The notes under the pieces are model-generated. The model saw only the letters and a list, made by a program, of their open reading frames with translations, searched no databases and was not told the origin of the DNA. The translations under genes and the position numbers were made by a program. Of a DNA stretch of 64,000 bases, positions 59,365 through 64,000 are shown piece after piece. The stretch is from assembly GCA_963741505.1 (NCBI GenBank), contig CAVUIJ010000008.1, positions 17,114 to 81,113 of the forward strand. Direction: 5' to 3'. This DNA is from an uncultured Alphaproteobacteria bacterium (GTDB lineage Bacteria > Pseudomonadota > Alphaproteobacteria > Rhizobiales > Hyphomicrobiaceae). The stretch's first letter is position 1, and every line of letters begins with the position of its first letter.

Positions 59365-60356
59365 GCTCTGCCTCCGGCACCGGCATTCGGGAGCCGATTG
59401 AAGAACACGGACAGCACGTGGGCCAGCAGCGCAACGCAGGCCATGATGCCGGTCGCGGCGATCCAGTGGTTCAAGGACTGGCCGACAATGGTGTAGCCCA
59501 TCCAGCTGCGCAGCCCGTCATAGCGAAGCTGGGCCGAACCTAGCGCGACGACTTCGCCGACCTGCAATTCGTGGCGCTTTTCGCCGTCGATCAGTACCAG
59601 GCGGCTGTTGACCGGTTTGGAGAATTTCCACGCTTTGTCCTTCTCGAACACCGGTTCGGGCATGTGGAGCCATACCTTCAACGGCTTGGTCGCGCCCGGC
59701 GGGGTCCAGGCAAGGCCCTGCTGGTTGTCGTTGATCGGGTAGGACGGCAAGTGAATCGCCCCGGTCTGCGCCGCGCCGGAGGCGCTCACATAGGTCAGAA
59801 TCGGCGCGAAGCCCTTGTTGTGGGTCGTGTAGAAGCGATAGTCGCCGAAGATCAGCGGCGTGTCATCGCCGACCCGCACCTCGCGCCATGTGCCATCCTG
59901 CTGGGCGATGCGGATCAGGCTCTCCGTCTCGCGCCGTTTCATGCCGGGTGCGTAGGTGATCTCGAATGGGCCCTGCAGGAACTTGACCTCGTTCAGGCGC
60001 AACTGATGCAGCAGCCCGGCCTCCGCCGTCACTGTCGCAGCATCAAACATCGAGCCCTCGGTGACTTCGACGCGACCCGACATCGAGTTCAGCCGATCAA
60101 GGCCGATCACCACGATCAAAGCGACCAACGCCGCGTGCAGGGCGAAGAGCATCGGCAGGCTCTTCAGCCGCGCACTGGTGGCCAGCGCCGCCAGAAGATT
60201 GGCCAGCATCAGCACGAGAGGGAGCACCATCCAGTCGGAGGTCCGGATCGGAAAATAGATACCCGCAATGGCAATGACGCCGCACAGTGCGATCAACGCG
60301 GCAGTTGTCTCTGCCGAGCCGAGGCGGCGGAGCGTGCTTCGGAACGTCTCTTTCAA
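59265..60356 (-). CDS. ccsB: System II cytochrome c biogenesis protein CcsB/ResB-like (exact 3' end uncertain)
   Basis: N-terminal TMs (AALIALCGVIAIAGIYF, MVLPLVLMLANLLAAL, MLFALHAALVALIVVIGL), a large soluble loop and a C-terminal TM HWIAATGIMACVALLAHVL. The last ~100 nt overlap ccsA. Confidence 0.7.
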   Translation of the reverse strand: MKETFRSTLRRLGSAETTAALIALCGVIAIAGIYFPIRTSDWMVLPLVLMLANLLAALATSARLKSLPMLFALHAALVALIVVIGLDRLNSMSGRVEVTEGSMFDAATVTAEAGLLHQLRLNEVKFLQGPFEITYAPGMKRRETESLIRIAQQDGTWREVRVGDDTPLIFGDYRFYTTHNKGFAPILTYVSASGAAQTGAIHLPSYPINDNQQGLAWTPPGATKPLKVWLHMPEPVFEKDKAWKFSKPVNSRLVLIDGEKRHELQVGEVVALGSAQLRYDGLRSWMGYTIVGQSLNHWIAATGIMACVALLAHVLSVFFNRLPNAGAGGRAWDLTSLRKAELRSRRRCWGSPSCSTWRRRRIP

Positions 60357-60366
60357 GGCGCGGTCC

Positions 60367-62845
60367 TCATGGCGGGTTCGCGCAGTTTTCGGAGCTATCC
60401 TTCATCCAGTTCTTGCCGGTCTCGCCATTACCGGGTGGGCCAACGGAGCCGCAATTCTTGTCTTCCCAATTGCCGCTCTGGGCAAATGACACGACCTTCA
60501 GCACCGAGCCGAGATAATATGGTCCGTTGGTATAGGGCGCGGTGGTGTTGTTGCGCACCTGCGTGCCAGGTGGCAGGCCTCCCTCCGGACCCACATCGTT
60601 CAGGTTCACGAGGAACGCCTTGTTCTTCCAGCCGTGGGGCACGGCAACGTGGCACCAGGTGCACTGCATGCGACCGATCTTGTCGGCATGGAAGGCGTGC
60701 AAGTTCTTCTTGCTGCCGCTGCTCTTGTCCGAGAAGCCGCTCCTGAAGTCCTCGCCCGCCTTCGTCGCATAGCGCTCGTAGACGTGGCACTTGAAGCAGA
60801 TGTCGTTTTCGGTGCCGGGCGCGCCAGTCCGTGCGGTGAGGCCGCCTTTCAGAATGAAGTTGTTGTTGGAGCCGTGCGGACCCCAGGAGCGGCCGTTCTC
60901 GCCGCCCTGCGGAACGATGGTGCCGGGCGCGGTCTCCGAACCGTGGCAGTCCGAGCAATACATGGTCTGCACGCCGATCTGGTCCGGCTGGTTCCAGGGC
61001 GGCAGCCAGAGGTTCGGATTGACGGGGTCGCCGGGGCCGCCGCGGATCGCGAGCGTGCGCCCGGTCGCCTCCATCACTGGATGCCAGGATCGGTGTTCGG
61101 AAACCGTAACGCTGCCGCCGGAGACGCCCGAGCCGCTGATGACCTTCGTCGGCTCGCCCCGGTCGGCGAGCGGCGCCTGGAACTCCATGGCTTGGTCGGT
61201 GTAGCGCCGCACAGCATTGGTTCCCGGCGGCGTGCCGCCCCGGCTCTGGCCCAGTTCAGGTGGCCGGATGTAGCCGTAGGTGGAGTGGCATTTCAGGCAG
61301 ACCTGATACTCGCGCGTGACCCAGGGCGCGGAGGCTGCGGTGGAGCCGCCCACCGGCGGGTTGCCACGCTTGACATTGAAGACCACAGGCGGGCTCAGGA
61401 ATTGGGGCGAGCCGTAGACCGGCTCGACGCCCCAGCTTCCGCGTAACACACCCGAGGCGATGTTGGTCTGCGGCACGCCCGGGCTACGGTCGCGCGTGCC
61501 CACCAAGTCGGGAACCGTAGGCGGAGCGTTGAAGATCCGGTTGCGGATCACGCGATGCGGATTATGGCAATCCGTGCACTCCACGTGGCGGTTGCGATCA
61601 TTGCCCCGGCCCAGCAATTTCCGGCTTTCGATATGGTCCTTGCCAGCTTGCGGCTCAGAGCCGGTGCCGATGTCATGCACTTCCGGTCGTTCATCGATCG
61701 GCATGCGCCGCAGGCTCTGGAAGTCCCGCTTGATGTCCGGAACGCTCGAGCCCGGCGATCCCTGGCCGTTCAGCACGTGTTCGGTCGAGGAATGGCATTG
61801 GTAGCAGCCTTCCTCCATGGCCGACTGGCCGCCCTGCTTGGGCGTCGTGACGCTGTCGGTGGCCTCGCGCAACAGCCGCCGGGAACCCTGGACGGTATGT
61901 GTGTCATGGCAGTTCAGGCAGCCGGCGCGCCAGACCGGCATTCCGACCGGAAACTCCCGCAGATTGGCGGCGTTGGCGGAGTAGGTCTCGTTGGCGACCA
62001 AGTTGTTCGCGTGCGCGGAGTCGACCCAGCCTTCCTTGTCGTGGCAGCCGAGGCAAAGCTGGTCACGCTTCTTGTCGAAGAACGGACCGGCAGCCGGCGT
62101 TTCCTGGAAGCGGTTCAGACGCAGGAACTTGATGTTTTCGGGGCCCGTGTCACGGATATGCGGATCGTGACACGAGGTGCATTCCAGCTTGTTGTCCGTC
62201 AGCGGCAAGCGCCGGATGGAGACCGGGCTTGTGCGAGCCCAAGTCTGGCGTGGACGACGGGCGGCGCAGCTCGCCGTCATCGTTCGCCAGCCGGTCGTCA
62301 TAGGTGAATGAGATCGGATGATCGTTAGTCAGATCGGTTCCCAACCGCCGCGTGAAGCCGGTCGAGGCGCCCTCGCCTTCGGGCATCGTTCCGTCCGGCG
62401 CGGTTCTGGAGAGCTTGATGTCCAGGTTCTGGCGCCCCTGGAGCACCAGGATTGAACCGAGCGCGACCGTGCCGTCATGGCACGAGAGGCAGAGCCTGGA
62501 GGAGCCGCCAGGCTGACCTGACCCGGCGGACTCGAACCAGCGCTTGCCCGCGTCGAACGAGGACGACGTGTAGGGCCTGTAGATCGCTCCGGAAAGGCGC
62601 CGGTTCCAGAGCGGCGGCGGCGCCGCTTCGTTAGCGGCGTGCGGCGTGTGGCAGAACACGCAGATCTGGTCTTGCTTGGAGCGCACTTGGCCCGGCCCGG
62701 TGACCGAGAGATTGTGCTTGGTGTTGGCGATGTCCGAAAGACGCTCGGCCAAGGCAGCCCCGAGCAGCGGCGCACAGATGCAGAGTGCGCCGAGCAAGAC
62801 GACCTGAATGCCTTTCAGGGCTCGGAGCAGGAAGCGCGCCGGCAT
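60367..62845 (-). pseudogene. ~826-aa undecahaem cytochrome c (tetrahaem SKHNL module plus a 7-haem extension), one frame break
   Basis: It starts MPARFLLRALKGIQVVLLGAL.. with TKHNLS..ICVFCHTPH, CLSCHDG and NDHPISFTY (ORF 62150-). It continues in ORF 60367-62301 with CTSCH, CLGCH, CLNCH, CYQCH, CTDCH, CLKCH, CSDCH, CFKCH and CTWCH. Break between about 62220 and 62290. Confidence 0.8.
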
Positions 62846-62847
62846 GC

Positions 62848-63949
62848 CTACCCCTCGGAAACTTTGGTAAGTTCTTTGAAGACAACCACTCGTGCCATTG
62901 AACATGTCGGCGACATATACATTCTGTTTGCCGTCTGTCCAAACCCCCGCGGGCAAGTGGAACGGGCCAACTTCGCCGCGGCCCTCGATCGGCAACAGCA
63001 ACTGGCCCTTCGCGTCGAAGACCAGCAGATGGTCGTGTCGCAATTCGACAACGTAGATGCGCCCGTCGCCGCCGACCGCGACGCCCTTGGGCCGCGTGAA
63101 CTGACCGACATAGAGGCCAGCCTTGCCGAAGGTCGTGGGAGCCGCTCCGTTCCCATCGAAGGACTGAACGCGGAAGTTCAGCGTGTCGCTGACGAACAGC
63201 CTTCCGTTGGCGAAGCTGAGATAGGTCGGCGCATTGAAGCGGCCCAGCGCATCGCCCGGCCCGCCGATGGTCGCTAGCAACTCGCCGGATGCGCTGAACT
63301 TCTTGACCACATGCTGGGCCGAATCGGCCACGAAGATTGCGCCGCTGCTCGGATCACGCGCCAGCCCTGTCGGCCGGGTGACAGCGCCGATACCGAAGTC
63401 CCCGCGCGGCTTGCCGTCCTTGCCGAGGCGCACCACCTTGGCGAGTTCGGAATCCGAAACCAGGTAACCGCCCTGGCCGTCTTCGACGACAGCGATCGGC
63501 GATTTGAAGCCGCGGTTATCGCCGGACTGGTCCCAGATCGAGAACGCTTTGTTGGCGAAATCGAAACGGACCAACGCCTTCAGGCCGGCGTCCACCACCA
63601 GCACCGAGCCATCCTCTAGCGTCAGCCCCGACGTCGGCCGCTTCAACTCCTTGTACCTTTGCTCGCCGGTCGCGATGCCCGCGATCGACCGAGCCACGTC
63701 AGTCAGAATGTTGCCGGCGGAACTCTTGCCGGAGACCGTCTGCTCGCCCACCAGCACCGCGCTCAGCCTATAGCGCGCCTTCTCCGGCGGAGCGGGCCAC
63801 TCCAGATTCTTGCTCTGTTCGCTGTCCGCACTCTGTCCGGGCTTCGACAGGCCCGAATTCTCCAGTGAAGTGCATGTAGCAAGCGTCGATAGGCTGACTA
63901 CGGCCCCTCCGACACGAACCAGACGCCACCTCCAATTGAGTCTGCTCAA
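62848..63949 (-). pseudogene. NHL-repeat beta-propeller lipoprotein (paralogue of 46414-47598), frame break 45 nt before its stop
   Basis: Lipobox LSTLATC. Repeats GSVLVVDA, GGYLVSDS, GAIFVADS, GRLFVSDT, GRIYVVEL, QNVYVADM. The natural end ..FNG|RVVVFKELTKVSEG* lies in ORF 62848-63156. An extra A near 62893 fuses it in silico to the cytochrome. Confidence 0.8.
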
Positions 63950-64000
63950 CGGCCTACTCCATTACCATTACGCCGGCACTGCGAAGCGCCTTGACAAGAT

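Noticed and set aside
62150-63949. 599-aa ORF suggesting an NHL-propeller::multihaem-cytochrome fusion protein
   Set aside because: An extra A near 62893 removes the natural NHL ending (..FNGRVVVFKELTKVSEG*, compare the paralogue's ..FRKIEVFRPAS). The cytochrome part begins with its own Met and signal peptide (MPARFLLRALKGIQVVLLGAL) 2 nt after that stop. These are therefore two genes.
42309-63949. Direct homology of the island to MtrCAB or PioABC/MtoAB
   Set aside because: There is no ~300-aa decahaem MtrA/PioA-type protein, no HiPIP, and no CymA/NapC-type quinol dehydrogenase. Haem counts and spacing (3, 3, 5, 3, 4, 1, 11) and the accessory proteins differ. Only the general logic is shared.

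Overview
High-GC alphaproteobacterial chromosome segment. Gene content and the REP-type hairpins (GTCATCCCGGC...GCCGGGAC and GGCGGATTAGCG...TAATCCGCC) suggest a Bradyrhizobium/Rhodopseudomonas/Afipia-like host, by inference only. Positions 1-41.6 kb mix housekeeping genes (moaB, family-4 UDG, lepA, ffs-dnaX-ybaB-recR, pncB, hsp20-DUF1150, a lytic transglycosylase) with accessory metabolism: a NitT/TauT-type ABC transporter, DUF1116-FdrA-DUF2877 next to a class-V aminotransferase, an aldehyde dehydrogenase and acyl-CoA genes. Two small insertions interrupt this part. One is a hicBA toxin-antitoxin minicassette bracketed by a 50-bp duplication of the lepA 3' end. The other is an AT-richer orphan Rhs toxin/immunity islet that splits the ABC-transporter operon. 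The standout is 42.3-64.0 kb, which runs off the window. It is a tightly packed island encoding seven c-type cytochromes with 30 CXXCH motifs (counted by eye): three c7-like trihaem proteins, a five-haem class-I protein, a tetrahaem, a monohaem and an ~826-aa undecahaem. It also encodes two NHL beta-propeller lipoproteins, each directly upstream of a paralogous multihaem cytochrome, plus a 616-aa outer-membrane beta-barrel candidate, a SurA/PpiC-type PPIase, two secreted Reg_prop beta-propellers and a Sel1-repeat protein. The island carries its own cytochrome-maturation set from both pathways: CcmH/CcmI (System I accessories) and CcsB/CcsA with a TPR-TlpA thioredoxin (System II). IS630 and IS1595 remnants and a MITE-like nested inverted repeat lie inside it. 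I read it as a candidate, uncharacterised porin-cytochrome type extracellular or periplasmic electron-transfer system. Caveat: about 16 single-nucleotide frame breaks, nearly all +1, hit core and accessory genes alike, so indel sequencing error is as likely as real pseudogenisation. No rRNA, tRNA or CRISPR array was seen.
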